A stretch of 64,000 nucleotides of DNA from Cladosporium halotolerans. Lineage: Eukaryota. Position numbers and translations under genes: made by a program. Where the stretch lies: NCBI RefSeq assembly GCF_011745625.1, contig NW_027191486.1:1-64000 (forward strand), read 5' to 3'. The notes below the pieces were generated by a model, which was not told the DNA's origin, ran no database searches, and saw only the letters and a list, made by a program, of their open reading frames with translations. Below are positions 1 through 10,797 of this stretch, piece after piece; the first letter of the stretch is position 1; each line of letters opens with the position of its first letter.

Positions 1-96
1 CTGATTGCTGATTGATTTCTGATTGAGCGCCCACCTGACTGATTTGATTCCTGATTGAGCTTCACCTGATTCTGAATATTCAAGATTCAAGATCTA
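1..96 (-). mobile_element. Putative end of a DNA transposon (hAT-like subterminal repeat array), continuing off the left edge
   Basis: Six CTGATT copies lie in bases 1-71, with a duplicated ctgattgagc..cacctga unit and tandem TTCAAGA. The minus strand begins TAGATCTTGAATC exactly where the adjacent ORF stops matching its paralog. No transposase is visible in the window. Confidence 0.45.
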
Positions 97-795
97 TGAC
101 TCTGAGAGGCCGCCGATCTCGATGCCGGAGCTGTATTCTTCCGGAAATGGCACGAGGTTGTTGGTATCCGCCCATGCGGATGGAAGTCTTGAAGGGGAGT
201 TCATCCCATGGAAGGTCGCGTGGAGCCAGTGGTACGACTGTTTAGTACGCAGCAAGCGACTGGCTAACAGCGCGCAAGGGGCGATGACGCCTGCGTAGTC
301 GATGTCTCCTTCGAAATTGAAGTGGGCAAAGATAGGGTGAATGCGAGGATCATGATAAAGCTCCCAGGCGGAGAGGTTCTTCTCGGTGAGGATCCTGCCG
401 TTGGTCAGAGTGGGTTTGCTTGTTTTGGGACGGAATAATGCAGCGGTGGCATGGAAGGTAGCCTTGAACACAGAAAGGGTGCTCGTTGCAGGTTCCACGT
501 TGGCATTCGCCTTTCCGTTGGTATTCCTCTTCTTACTGGGAGTTTTCTCGCCGTTCAAACCTTTCTGGCGGTCCGCTTCCTTTTTCAGGAGGGAGTTTCT
601 CTTCCTGTTAGCGTCTCTCTCCCTGTGGGAATCTTTGTGCATCTTCTTCTTGGGACTCTTCCTCACATTGTTGATCCCGGCAGCGCTCTCCGTAGGTGAA
701 GAGGATGGTACGCTGGGATTGAGGGTGGCCTTCAACCCAGATGCGGTACGCGGAACAGCTCCTATGAAGACGTTGTTCTTCCAACGCTTAGCCAT
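94..795 (-). pseudogene. Truncated paralog of the HExxH protein at 2339-3694, with a basic N-terminus
   Basis: PRIHPIF..IDY..V..P.ALLASRLLRTKQSYHWLHATFHG..P..LP aligns by eye with PRVHPIF..LDY..V..RPALLASRLLTTQQSYHWLEATWFG..P..LP. The ORF ends at TAG before the HExxH region. Confidence 0.65.
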
Positions 796-1540
796 GGTTG
801 AAAGGTTGCAAGGTTGCTCGAATGGATCGAGGGGGCCTTGCTACAACAACCCCTGCAAATATAGGGACCGGTGCCTGCAAAGCATTGTGAACTGTGGCTT
901 GTGTACTGAGGTGAATCGGACTGCTGTCAAAGACAATGTCATTCAACTTCGACGTCTATTGATCGACATTGTGGAATCCTCAGTTGCTGTGAATTCTTGC
1001 TTGGACTGTCAATACCTCACGTTGTCTACAGAGGCTCGCATCTTCGACTTGAGCAGCTCCATTATTCGTCAATGGTTCGTACACGAAATATCAATATCAT
1101 TCTTCCAAGGTTCGACTCCATTTCCCAACCGTGGGCCCAGTGGACGACATCTTAGCCCCCAAAAAGTAGCAATCTCGATCCGCGCCGATTTCGGGCGATC
1201 GAATCATTTAAATCGACCTACCCACGTCGTGATATGAGATAATAACATTCTAAAATGATAATCAGAGTAGCTGGCGCGACCTCCTGATCGCTATCTCCTT
1301 TGTGGATACTTGGGCGAATAATGCTGACAAAGACTGCACAGTTGGAGACAAAGCAATGTTTCAATGGTAGGTTTGGCGGCCGGCCGTACATCCACATTCA
1401 ATCTCCTGGGACTACTACGTGTTGACATGGGATTTGATGTTCATGGTGATGTGAAGCTCACCGACAGCGATTGAATGGGCATCAACGAAAAATGTTGCCT
1501 GTGTAGTCAGGTCATCAGGATTTCATTCCATCGCATTGAC

Positions 1541-1568
1541 AGCGTCACGTGACATGTCACGTGACGCT
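1541..1568. promoter_or_regulatory. Perfect 28-bp palindrome holding two GTCACGTGAC (bHLH/Cbf1-type E-box) sites
   Basis: AGCGTCACGTGACA|TGTCACGTGACGCT. Confidence 0.6.
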
Positions 1569-1598
1569 CCAGCCAGAATCGCGCGGCCTCCGCGGAAG

Positions 1599-1618
1599 TT
1601 AGGGTTAGGGTTTAGGGG
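1599..1618 (+). repeat. Interstitial telomere-like repeat, possible Tbf1-type site
   Basis: TTAGGG TTAGGG TTTAGGGG. Confidence 0.7.
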
Positions 1619-2338
1619 AAGAAGTATCTTCACTTTGGATGCGAGTCAACTTACACGTCATAAATTTACTGGGCAATCGCATGATTCACTTGATCAATGG
1701 TGAAGATGACAGGTGAAGTCATGTATCGCTGGAAAGATGCTACGTTGTGCTTACCTCAGCAAACTATTCCGTCCGTGGCCTTGTGTAACCTCAATGCAAT
1801 GCAACCTCTACCAAGCCAGACTCGGCCGCTGGAACATGATCAACTTGTGACAAGTCGATTGGTCAATTTCGATGGAGATTTTCATTCTGGTACACAGGTC
1901 GTGGCGCGATGGTATTGAAGACGCGAACGAGAAGCTGAAAGTCCACGACAGAAGGGCACGGGAAAATGGTCACAAGGAAGTGCGCAGGATACCATAAAAG
2001 TTCAAGGCACAAGCAAATGCATTGCAAATTTGTAAAGCGAAATTATTAAAACATGCGAACATTGAACCCCTTCCAGGATCTCGATCGAACTGTGAAAAAA
2101 AGAAGAGGCATCTGGCCTAACGAAACCGCTCACGCATAAAATCGTCGATTGAACATCTGAATAATACGAGACTTCCATTCTCCGCACTGATGAGTCTACT
2201 TTACAATTGGTTGAATACACGAAACCTTCAAAAAAAAACTCCAATTCCATCAGCAAGGGGAGGATCATTCTCCCAGCGAATTTACACGCTTTCGCTTCAG
2301 TGTCGTATTCCAAAAAACAGCGGTCGTCTGTAGAAAGA

Positions 2339-3694
2339 TCATCTCTTCTGCCGAGATCCGACCTTCGAGCGAGAGCGAGTAGCCCTAGCATGAAGGCTTG
2401 AGGCATGCGTGATAACGGCAGCGGCAGCGGCAGCAGTGATAGCAGCAGCAAAAGCAGCACCAAGAGCACGTCGGGAAGCCCGCAGACCAAGACGCGCAAA
2501 CGCAATACCCGTAGCCGAACGTTCACGCACACTACGGTGCAATGTGGCCATCTTGGACCTGATCATCGACTGAGACGCAGCCCTTTTCGCCTTCCGAGCC
2601 TTTTCCCGATTGTTCTTCTTCTTCTTCTTCTTCTTCTTCTGAAGGGCCGACTCATGGTCAAGATACCAGGTGCGAAAGCTCATCGGAGCAGCATCGAACA
2701 GCCACCGGTGCTTTTCCTGGCGTAGAACTGTCGGGACAACGTCGAAGCTGCGGTCGCGCTTCCAGAAGTTGTGGTTGAAGAGCATCTGAGCATACTCTGA
2801 GTCCACTGGAACAGATCTCCCACCCATGGGCAGGTTGATCTCGTCGCGGCACTTCTTTGTTAGCGAATAGCCAGCGGGAATAAGGAACCGCTTCGTCTGC
2901 CAATCTTTCCAGCAAGCCTTGTCCGGACTGTCATAGCTGAGAACAGAGAGAGAGGCGCCGAAAATCCGACTCTCGTATTCGAAGCCCGCCTCGGCCACCA
3001 ACGAATCCTCGAAAAAGTCCTCAGGATGATGACCTTTGACGTGGAAGCAAGCGGCGTGCGCGAACTCGTGCAGTAGGGTGATCGCTAAATCCAGTTCGAA
3101 CATCGCGCGCCTGCTCGGAGTACTCTCCCTGCGAATGGCCTCGTATAACTTGGCATTGATCCAGATAGCGCTGGCGACGCCTCTTTCACCTTCTTTTTGC
3201 CCCTCCGGTCTAGTGTAGGCAATAAGCCCGGGCTTCATATCGGGGCAGACACCGAAAGCGATGCGTTCAGAAAGTCCAATGAGCTGCTCTTCGACGGCTT
3301 TCTTAGCGGCTCGGGAAAGCGAGCCGACCGCAAAGTTGGATTTGTAGTGCATTGGTACTGGAATCGGTTTCGGCTCATTGTCGTATGCAGTTGGAAGGTG
3401 ACAAGGGCCGCGAGGGCCGAACCAAGTTGCTTCGAGCCAGTGGTACGACTGTTGGGTTGTCAAGAGACGGCTGGCGAGAAGAGCCGGCCGGAATAAGACG
3501 TTGTCGTAGTCGAGGTCACTGTCGAACTTTTCGCGGCTGAAGATAGGATGAACGCGTGGGGGTTTGGAAGGTCTTGCTGCTTTCTTTGAGGAAGGTTTGG
3601 CTATGGTTTGCATTAGCGGGTCAGTCATTATTATTGTTATGTCCGAACAAAGATTACTATTGAATGTCCTCTTCCCGTTCCGTAATTGCACCAT
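2339..3694 (-). CDS. Uncharacterised fungal protein with HExxH zincin-like motif and Lys/Arg-rich tail
   Basis: 451-aa ORF with AITLLHEFAHA, then EAGFEYESRIFG, and a poly-Lys run. Has a tandem paralog. The extreme C-terminus is uncertain. Confidence 0.8.
   Translation of the reverse strand: MVQLRNGKRTFNSNLCSDITIIMTDPLMQTIAKPSSKKAARPSKPPRVHPIFSREKFDSDLDYDNVLFRPALLASRLLTTQQSYHWLEATWFGPRGPCHLPTAYDNEPKPIPVPMHYKSNFAVGSLSRAAKKAVEEQLIGLSERIAFGVCPDMKPGLIAYTRPEGQKEGERGVASAIWINAKLYEAIRRESTPSRRAMFELDLAITLLHEFAHAACFHVKGHHPEDFFEDSLVAEAGFEYESRIFGASLSVLSYDSPDKACWKDWQTKRFLIPAGYSLTKKCRDEINLPMGGRSVPVDSEYAQMLFNHNFWKRDRSFDVVPTVLRQEKHRWLFDAAPMSFRTWYLDHESALQKKKKKKKKNNREKARKAKRAASQSMIRSKMATLHRSVRERSATGIAFARLGLRASRRALGAAFAAAITAAAAAAVITHASSLHARATRSRSKVGSRQKR
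2613..2639. repeat. (TTC)9 microsatellite encoding poly-Lys on the minus strand
   Basis: Read directly from the sequence. Confidence 0.9.
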
Positions 3695-4257
3695 GGTCGC
3701 GATCGTGAAAGACTTCCTGCAGCTAAGTTGTGGCGAGCTGGGATGAGGTTCTGTCTTTGTGTCTCTGATGTGTACTACTCATGGTACCGAAGTGCGGACG
3801 TTGCAGCCTGCCAGGACCCCAGTATGGTGCTGTGCCGCAGGTGAATACGGTGTAATTCACTGCCGGCATTGAAGTCGAATCTTTGTGTTCCACGAATCTT
3901 GCGAGCTCTGCGTATGCCATCGCGGGAGATGTATTCACATTTCTTGACTGCTGCCTGGTAAGACCGATGAGAGGCAGACATGAGGGCGGATACGGTTGAA
4001 GGAGGTACGGCCGATCTGAGACAAAGTCTTGACATCGAAGTGACTGCAATCTTTCGCCTGCTGATTCTCGTCAGTAAATGTAGACGCCCGGGAATAGCTC
4101 TGATCGATCTAATATGAAATGGCTGTCAAGCATCTACTTTCCGTTTCACTGCCCAGTATGGAATCAGCGTACCAGCAGTAGCAAAGAATTCACTAGTATG
4201 AACACTCCCTGAACCTATGTACCCAGCCCAAAACGCCCTAAACCATCCTCTCGGCCC

Positions 4258-7095
4258 TCACGGCACATACAGCCTCGAATACGCTGCCACGTCCGTCCTG
4301 CAACAAATACACTTCGTGTAATTTCTCGCGGCCAGCCCCACGCGACAATCATCGCACATGCTCAAACAGCCGCAAGGCCAGACCAGAACCGTGCGCGGCG
4401 TGGTCTGACAAACAACACACTGCGGGCCGCCCTCGCCCATGCCCTCGCCGCCGTTCTCCCAGCTGCTCGAGGGCTTGTGAGCCCTGGCTTTCGCGCGCTG
4501 GGCGATGATGAATTGCTCGAGGTCGCGCTCTTCGTCTTCGGAGGAGTGGGCGCTGCTGCGGAGGAGCTCGGCGCGCTGGCGGTCGGTGGTGCGGCGGAAT
4601 TGGGAGCGGGTCAGTGGGCGGTTGGACTGCAGGGTGTAAGAGAGGAGGCGGGCTTCTTCACGGTCGGCTGAGGACTGGGGGTTGAGGAGCCTTGAGAGGA
4701 GATTGACGTCTAAGTTGCCATCGGTCATTGGCGTGATTTCTCTGCTGCGGTCGCCGTATGGGTCGCTCTGCGTGGGTGTTCTCCGGCCACTGTCTTCTTC
4801 GACGTCTGACCAGGCGTCTGACATGCTTGCGTTGGAAGACATAGAGATCATGCTCGTTGTGTCGTCATCATCGTCGTTGGTTGGTCGTCCCTCGTAGTCG
4901 CCGCTCGAGTCGACGTCTCCAAACCAGCCGCCACTTCGCCACCAGCTGTAGACGTTATCTCCTAAGGCCTCTTCCGTTGAATAGGTTCCAGTCCGCTGAT
5001 GCTTGCGACGCATTTCCGCCTCAACGTCTACGTTGCGATCTTGCGGAAGACCTAAATCACCGTCCGGGCCAACCATCCAAAATTGAAGGTTATCTGCCGT
5101 CCTGTCTGGTTGCGAAGCATTACCCATGTCCGGACTGTCCGAAAGCCCAGCGGCACTCAATAACCATTGGGGACGACGTTGGACGCCAAGTCGACGGAGA
5201 GCTTCGAGCATAAATTGTGCATTAACACTGACTAAGAGCCAGAAGATGCCGTTCATGAAGTCAAAGCTCAGATGCATCCTGCTCCTCTTTTGCTTGATCC
5301 CGAGGCCGCTGTCGATTTCAGTAGCGTTGGCCCGTTCAGCTTCATTTCCTTTCGGCTTCGACCTGCGCTCGCGTGCGTATGGTGACTTGCTGAAAGCGGC
5401 ATTATCGTGATCAACGAAATCGACGCCCTTTGCGATCTCTTCGCCCAGCAGCTCGGGCGGAATGATCGCTCTCTTCCGATCGTTGAAGCGAACAGCAAAG
5501 TCGTCGATCCGCTTCTTCTCCAGCCATGTCATTTGAGCGACCTGTATCCTGCTGCCCTCGTTTAGGTAAACGGCTTCACTTGCCGCAGTCATGACACTGA
5601 ACCCTATCTTGAGTAAGGTCGTGTAGAAATCCTCCGACATCTTGATGCGGATGGCAGAAGCTTGCGAAAATTGGACGTTGGCTTGCAGGTTCCGATAAGC
5701 CCATTGGAGCCGTTCTTTGAAACTCATCCTCGAAGAGACCTCATCCGGAACGTTGAGTGCCGTGAACCACAGTGCCATGCCGTAGATTAGACTGCAAATG
5801 ATAATACCGACCGAGATGACGAGATGCGGAATAAAGCCGACCACGCAGACGGTTGGGAAGCGCAGCACGCCGAGATCATTGACACTCTCGATCGGGTACA
5901 TGAACACCCTAACGAAGCTCCAGACGAAAGCGGACATGTAGCAGCAAGCCCAGACACCAGTACTAATCAGTCTAACCTTCTCGCGTATACCAGCAACAGC
6001 CAGTGTCGCGCTGGTTAGATGGCTGAAGCAAGATATCACACAGACAAGCAGGACTTCTGGTGGAACGTTTAGCCGCTGTAATACCTCTGCCCTAGTGAGC
6101 ATTGGTCCAGCGGACTCTGACGAGTTGCTACTCGGAGCGAGTTCTGGGCGTGGAAGACCGAAAAAACCGAATCCGAGAGCGCTACTGATCATAGCCTCGC
6201 ATTCGGCGAAGGCAAGTGAATGCTCGAAGATAGTCATCCCGGTCTCTGGCACTGGCTGTCTACCCTGCAAGGCGCATGCTAGAGTTTCGAAAAGTTGACT
6301 CGCACACAGAGTCAGGAAGAACACGAACAGCAACGACATGGAGCCGCGCAACAAAGATGTGTCGCCGTCCAGGACAGGTAATGACATGCTTCGATTGGCG
6401 CAGCAGGCAGCGTCATCTTTCCAGAACAGAAGATTGGAGCTGAGCTTGTACAGGAAGTCTCCGTCGCCTCCAAAGTCGAGGGACAACGACTTGAGTGGAT
6501 CGCCATAACGGAGGAGCGCGAAGTCTGGGGAGGTCTGGCAGCGGAGGGCCTCAAGTAAAATGACCAGCTGGCGCAGGATCGAGCCGATAGGAAAGGCATA
6601 GATGCCTAGTCGGACATACCATTTGAGGCGTAGATGTTCGCGGGACGAAGCGTAGAATTGTGCCCGATTAAGAATGATAGCGGCAGCAAATGTTGCCAGT
6701 GCCCATCTGGATGTGAGGTATGCGAAGATTCCTCCAAAATTCTTGATTCTTCCAACGACCTGCAAGACCATTCCAAACAGCGATGAGCCGTCTGATGAGG
6801 TCCCCTGCTCCCAAGCTTTCTGAAACACCGCTTGTACGCCTTCCGCTGTACTTTGGGCAAACGCCTCTTGAACCGCCGCGCTTGTGGTGTTGGCTAGGGT
6901 GGCATTGATCGCTGCGTCTTCGCCAGTAGCCTGCGCGATCGTACTTCCTCCGCTCCAGACTTTGCCCACAACATCTTCCACCACTTCCGGTACGTGTAGG
7001 TATAATCCAGCTCGTTGCGCTAGGCGAGGGAAGACGAGGAGGAGGTCGGTCACTGAGGGTATTATGGTTGTGTTCGAAGCAGCTGCGATATCCAT
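4258..7095 (-). CDS. ASI3: Asi1/Asi3-like multi-pass membrane RING E3 ubiquitin ligase
   Basis: Several TM segments and a C-terminal RING CVVCQTTPRTVLVWPCGCLSMCDDC..CICC..YSRLYVP. First ATG at 7095. Confidence 0.85.
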   Translation of the reverse strand: MDIAAASNTTIIPSVTDLLLVFPRLAQRAGLYLHVPEVVEDVVGKVWSGGSTIAQATGEDAAINATLANTTSAAVQEAFAQSTAEGVQAVFQKAWEQGTSSDGSSLFGMVLQVVGRIKNFGGIFAYLTSRWALATFAAAIILNRAQFYASSREHLRLKWYVRLGIYAFPIGSILRQLVILLEALRCQTSPDFALLRYGDPLKSLSLDFGGDGDFLYKLSSNLLFWKDDAACCANRSMSLPVLDGDTSLLRGSMSLLFVFFLTLCASQLFETLACALQGRQPVPETGMTIFEHSLAFAECEAMISSALGFGFFGLPRPELAPSSNSSESAGPMLTRAEVLQRLNVPPEVLLVCVISCFSHLTSATLAVAGIREKVRLISTGVWACCYMSAFVWSFVRVFMYPIESVNDLGVLRFPTVCVVGFIPHLVISVGIIICSLIYGMALWFTALNVPDEVSSRMSFKERLQWAYRNLQANVQFSQASAIRIKMSEDFYTTLLKIGFSVMTAASEAVYLNEGSRIQVAQMTWLEKKRIDDFAVRFNDRKRAIIPPELLGEEIAKGVDFVDHDNAAFSKSPYARERRSKPKGNEAERANATEIDSGLGIKQKRSRMHLSFDFMNGIFWLLVSVNAQFMLEALRRLGVQRRPQWLLSAAGLSDSPDMGNASQPDRTADNLQFWMVGPDGDLGLPQDRNVDVEAEMRRKHQRTGTYSTEEALGDNVYSWWRSGGWFGDVDSSGDYEGRPTNDDDDDTTSMISMSSNASMSDAWSDVEEDSGRRTPTQSDPYGDRSREITPMTDGNLDVNLLSRLLNPQSSADREEARLLSYTLQSNRPLTRSQFRRTTDRQRAELLRSSAHSSEDEERDLEQFIIAQRAKARAHKPSSSWENGGEGMGEGGPQCVVCQTTPRTVLVWPCGCLSMCDDCRVGLAARNYTKCICCRTDVAAYSRLYVP

Positions 7096-7740
7096 GCTGG
7101 CGGTCGCGTCGCGCAAGTCGTATTGTCTACACTACGGACGTTGTATCGCCAGGCCCTATTTAAAGCTGTGTTTTTCGGATCGGTTGGTGGATGGGTTGCT
7201 GCTCCACGCCAGTGAGCAGGAGCATCTCGTGTCTTTAGGGTGGCATGTCCATGGGTGTTCGGTGATGAAGTATGTCCTGAAGGCTTTGTTCGCGTAACCA
7301 CCCTCTCTTTCACTGAAGATGGAAGCTGGGAAGTGAATGTACAGATTGGAGTCTCACCCACGCGACAACCATCGGCATGTGAATCCCCCGGCAGGCGCCA
7401 CCCCGCTTCCGCATCCGCCCGCTCCACCACCAGCCGGGCCGTTTCACCCAAGCGACGACTCGAGTTGCCAACTACGGGAAGGCGTGCATACGGCTCGTCT
7501 TCTGTACAAAGGCAGTGTTCAGGGGATTCTCAAGGCAAACTATCGACAGCGAGGGCGCTTCTTTTGCAAGGAAATACCACAACTCTAGTTAGGCGAAATC
7601 ACCAAGCTTTGCCGACGCTGGAACATCACCCTATTGCGTTTGGCCACCAAAAAACAAAGGATTCATCTATGCCATCATAGCAAAACATATGGAAGCTCCC
7701 ACGGTCAGCACTCGCCGTGGGTAGCTAGGCAATAGCAGCT

Positions 7741-10700
7741 ATGGATCAAGGCCCCGTGGATGCTGGCCCGAGTACGCATAGTGAATACGAGCCCCCCAGC
7801 CGTCCTGAGTCGCCGGAATATGACAAACCGGCATATGTGAGAAGCTCCTCTACTCGGCGTTCGGAAGGCGAGAGATCCTACGATTTCAACGGGACGACTG
7901 CGGATGGCTCGACTTCGGACTTTCCTGGCGAATATGGCGACGATTCCGTGGACCCATCAGATGATCCACCACTGTATGCCCGTGTAGGAGCCACCACAGA
8001 GGACTTCACAGGCGGTGTTTCCCCGGAAGACAGCGGCCACACAAGCACCAGCGTAGAGGATACCGATGAAGGAGTGAAGTCCAGTGGCCCTCACCATCAT
8101 CGGATGCACAAGTACACACTCTACGAAACGAGCGCTCGATATTGGATCGTTGGGGCTGACATAACCGAAACCCTGTTCAAACTCCTACGTGTGGACCGCA
8201 CTTCAGCACCCGGTCAGATCAACATCTTCGAAGATGACACGGTGTACGAGCGGCAGCAACTCAACGAGGTCTTGACCAGTATTGATGTCGGCAACAAGGC
8301 TACTGGTGGCCTGAAGCTCAAATGCGTTTTCTGGGGTCTTCTCGGCTTCATACGTTTCACGGAGTCCTACTACATGTTGATCATCACAAAGCGCCAGCAG
8401 GTCGCCATGATTGGTGGTCATTATGTATATCAAGTCGAAGGAACCGAACTTGTACCTTTGACGACTGGCTCGAGCTCGCGGTTCTCGAGTAACAGAAATC
8501 CCGAAGAAGCTCGCTTCTTGGGCATCCTCAACAATCTCGACCTTTCGCGATCTTTCTATTTCAGCTACTCATACAACATTACCAGGTCGTTACAGCACAA
8601 TATCATTCGCCAGAGGACATCGCTCAATGAAGGCAAATATTCTTTCGGTCATGATTTCAACGGCATGTTCGTCTGGAATCACCATTTACTGAAGCCAGCA
8701 CGACACGCTCTGAAGCTCCCCCATGATTGGTGCGTGCCCATCATCCATGGGTTTATTGACCAAGCCGCTCTCGATATCTTCGGACGCGCAGTCTATATTA
8801 CCATCATTGGCCGCCGATCACGCTTCTTTGCGGGCGCTCGATTCTTAAAGCGCGGCATCAACGACATGGGCTATGTGGCCAATGACGTAGAAACCGAACA
8901 GATCGTTTCGGAGATGCTAACAACATCGTTCCATGCTCCCGGCCCTCGCCTGTTCACAAATCCCAATTGGACATCTTACGTACACCACAGGGGAAGTATC
9001 CCGCTGTATTGGACCCAGGATAACAGCGGTGTAACGCCAAAGCCGAACATCGACCTCAACCTGCAAGATCCCTTTTACCAACCAGCCGCCCTACACTTCG
9101 ACAACCTCTTCGAACGCTATGGCTGTCCCATCTACGTCCTCAACCTGATTAAGTCACGCGAACGTACGCCTCGCGAGTCAAAGCTGCTGTACGAGTTTCA
9201 GCACTGCGTAGAGTTCCTGAATCAATCCCTGCCCGAGGACAAGAAGATCATGTACAAAGCGTTCGACATGAGCAGAGCATCTAAGACCAGAGGTGGGGAT
9301 GTCATAGGCAATCTCGAAGTTATTGCGGAAGAGATTCTCCGCACCACGGGTTTCTTCCACAACGGCGATTCTGACTACGATGAACCGCATGTTCAAAACG
9401 GTATCGCACGAACGAATTGCATCGATTGTCTAGACCGTACAAATGCAGCACAATTCGTCATTGGCAAATGCGCATTTGGAAAGCAACTACAAGCACTTGG
9501 TGTCCTTGCCGCAGAAGAAGTCGACTACGACACCGACGCGGTGAACATCTTCACGCACATGTTCCATGACCATGGAGACACCATCGCCGTGCAGTACGGC
9601 GGCTCCCATCTGGTCAACACTATGGCGACATACCGGAAACTGAATCACTGGCAAAGCCACTCGCGCGACATGGTCGAGAGCTTCAAGCGCTACTATCACA
9701 ACTCCTTCCTAGACAACCAACGCCAAGAAGCATACAACCTCTTCCTAGGAAACTACATCTGGGCCAAAGGGCAGCCCATGCTATGGGACCTCGTGACAGA
9801 CTACTACCTCCACCACTCTGACCCTCGCGCATGGCTCGAACGCCAACGCCGCGACTACTTCCTCTGGTACACACCAGCCTTCCTCGAACCCCGCGCCCTC
9901 CCACCAGTCCTCTACCCACCAACGAAACAATTCACCTCCAACGTCTACGACTACGACGACTACTGGATGGAATACTACCGGCCCTACACGCTCTCCTCCT
10001 TCCTCAAAATGTACCCCTTCCGCATGAACAACACGAACCGCTACCTCCCCGACCGCCCGCACAGCCGCGACAGCAAATCCTTCGACTTCAGCCCCTTCAA
10101 ACCACGCCTCGACCCGCACCGGCAACCCCCCGGCCCCGAATCGCCCGAGAAACCCCGCCCGCCCCGCAAAGGCGTCAAGATCCTCGACCCCTACGACGAA
10201 GCGCCGGAGCCCAACTCCCCGCGCGACGCGCTGCGCCCCCCGACCGCACCGCGCGAAGACAAACCCAGCATCCTGCGCGAGCCGAGCGCCAAGCTCTCGC
10301 TCTCCCTGCCCTCGTCGGCGACCACGAGCAAGACCTTCGACTCCGCGAGCGGGATGCCGGCCGACAAAGCGCAGATGCACCTGTGGACGCTGAACCAGTA
10401 CCACACGCAGTCGCTCAACCCGAGCGTGACGGACGCCGAAGCGGCGGAGTACAGCCGGTACATCGCGCACCCGCTGACGCTACCTTTGGTGACGACCTCC
10501 GACGTGCCCTCGGACGCGAACATCGAGTACGTGGAGTACGTGCAGCGGGCCGGGGGGTTCGGGGGCGGGGACGCGATGGGGGAGGAGCTGCGGTGGGAAG
10601 AAGGGGACGGGGACGACGGGGTGGACGAGCAGGAGGTGCGGGAGTTCGAGGAGTTTGTGGCGGGGCGGGAGGAGCCGTTGACGGTTACGGACGAGGATGG

Positions 10701-10797
10701 CGGGAAGAAGCGATATAAGGCGTATAAGCAGTGGTTGAGGGGGAAGAGCCTGTTTAAGCAGAGTAAGGTTGACCCGGAGTATACGGCGGGGGTTTGA
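7741..10797 (+). CDS. FIG4: Polyphosphoinositide phosphatase Fig4 (SAC domain)
   Basis: Catalytic RTNCIDCLDRTN, plus GARFLKRG, ANDVETEQ and RGSIPLYW motifs. Confidence 0.95.
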   Translation: MDQGPVDAGPSTHSEYEPPSRPESPEYDKPAYVRSSSTRRSEGERSYDFNGTTADGSTSDFPGEYGDDSVDPSDDPPLYARVGATTEDFTGGVSPEDSGHTSTSVEDTDEGVKSSGPHHHRMHKYTLYETSARYWIVGADITETLFKLLRVDRTSAPGQINIFEDDTVYERQQLNEVLTSIDVGNKATGGLKLKCVFWGLLGFIRFTESYYMLIITKRQQVAMIGGHYVYQVEGTELVPLTTGSSSRFSSNRNPEEARFLGILNNLDLSRSFYFSYSYNITRSLQHNIIRQRTSLNEGKYSFGHDFNGMFVWNHHLLKPARHALKLPHDWCVPIIHGFIDQAALDIFGRAVYITIIGRRSRFFAGARFLKRGINDMGYVANDVETEQIVSEMLTTSFHAPGPRLFTNPNWTSYVHHRGSIPLYWTQDNSGVTPKPNIDLNLQDPFYQPAALHFDNLFERYGCPIYVLNLIKSRERTPRESKLLYEFQHCVEFLNQSLPEDKKIMYKAFDMSRASKTRGGDVIGNLEVIAEEILRTTGFFHNGDSDYDEPHVQNGIARTNCIDCLDRTNAAQFVIGKCAFGKQLQALGVLAAEEVDYDTDAVNIFTHMFHDHGDTIAVQYGGSHLVNTMATYRKLNHWQSHSRDMVESFKRYYHNSFLDNQRQEAYNLFLGNYIWAKGQPMLWDLVTDYYLHHSDPRAWLERQRRDYFLWYTPAFLEPRALPPVLYPPTKQFTSNVYDYDDYWMEYYRPYTLSSFLKMYPFRMNNTNRYLPDRPHSRDSKSFDFSPFKPRLDPHRQPPGPESPEKPRPPRKGVKILDPYDEAPEPNSPRDALRPPTAPREDKPSILREPSAKLSLSLPSSATTSKTFDSASGMPADKAQMHLWTLNQYHTQSLNPSVTDAEAAEYSRYIAHPLTLPLVTTSDVPSDANIEYVEYVQRAGGFGGGDAMGEELRWEEGDGDDGVDEQEVREFEEFVAGREEPLTVTDEDGGKKRYKAYKQWLRGKSLFKQSKVDPEYTAGV

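Noticed and set aside
1..96. Editing or readthrough of the TAG at 94-96
   Set aside because: The frame stays open to the window edge, but the peptide is repeat-derived and unlike the paralog; an insertion explains it better.
386..1237. 283-aa hydrophobic plus-strand ORF
   Set aside because: Antisense shadow of the Lys/Arg-rich minus-strand gene; no ATG start.
2002..2725. Leu-rich and Ser-rich overlapping ORFs
   Set aside because: Alternative frames of trinucleotide repeats.
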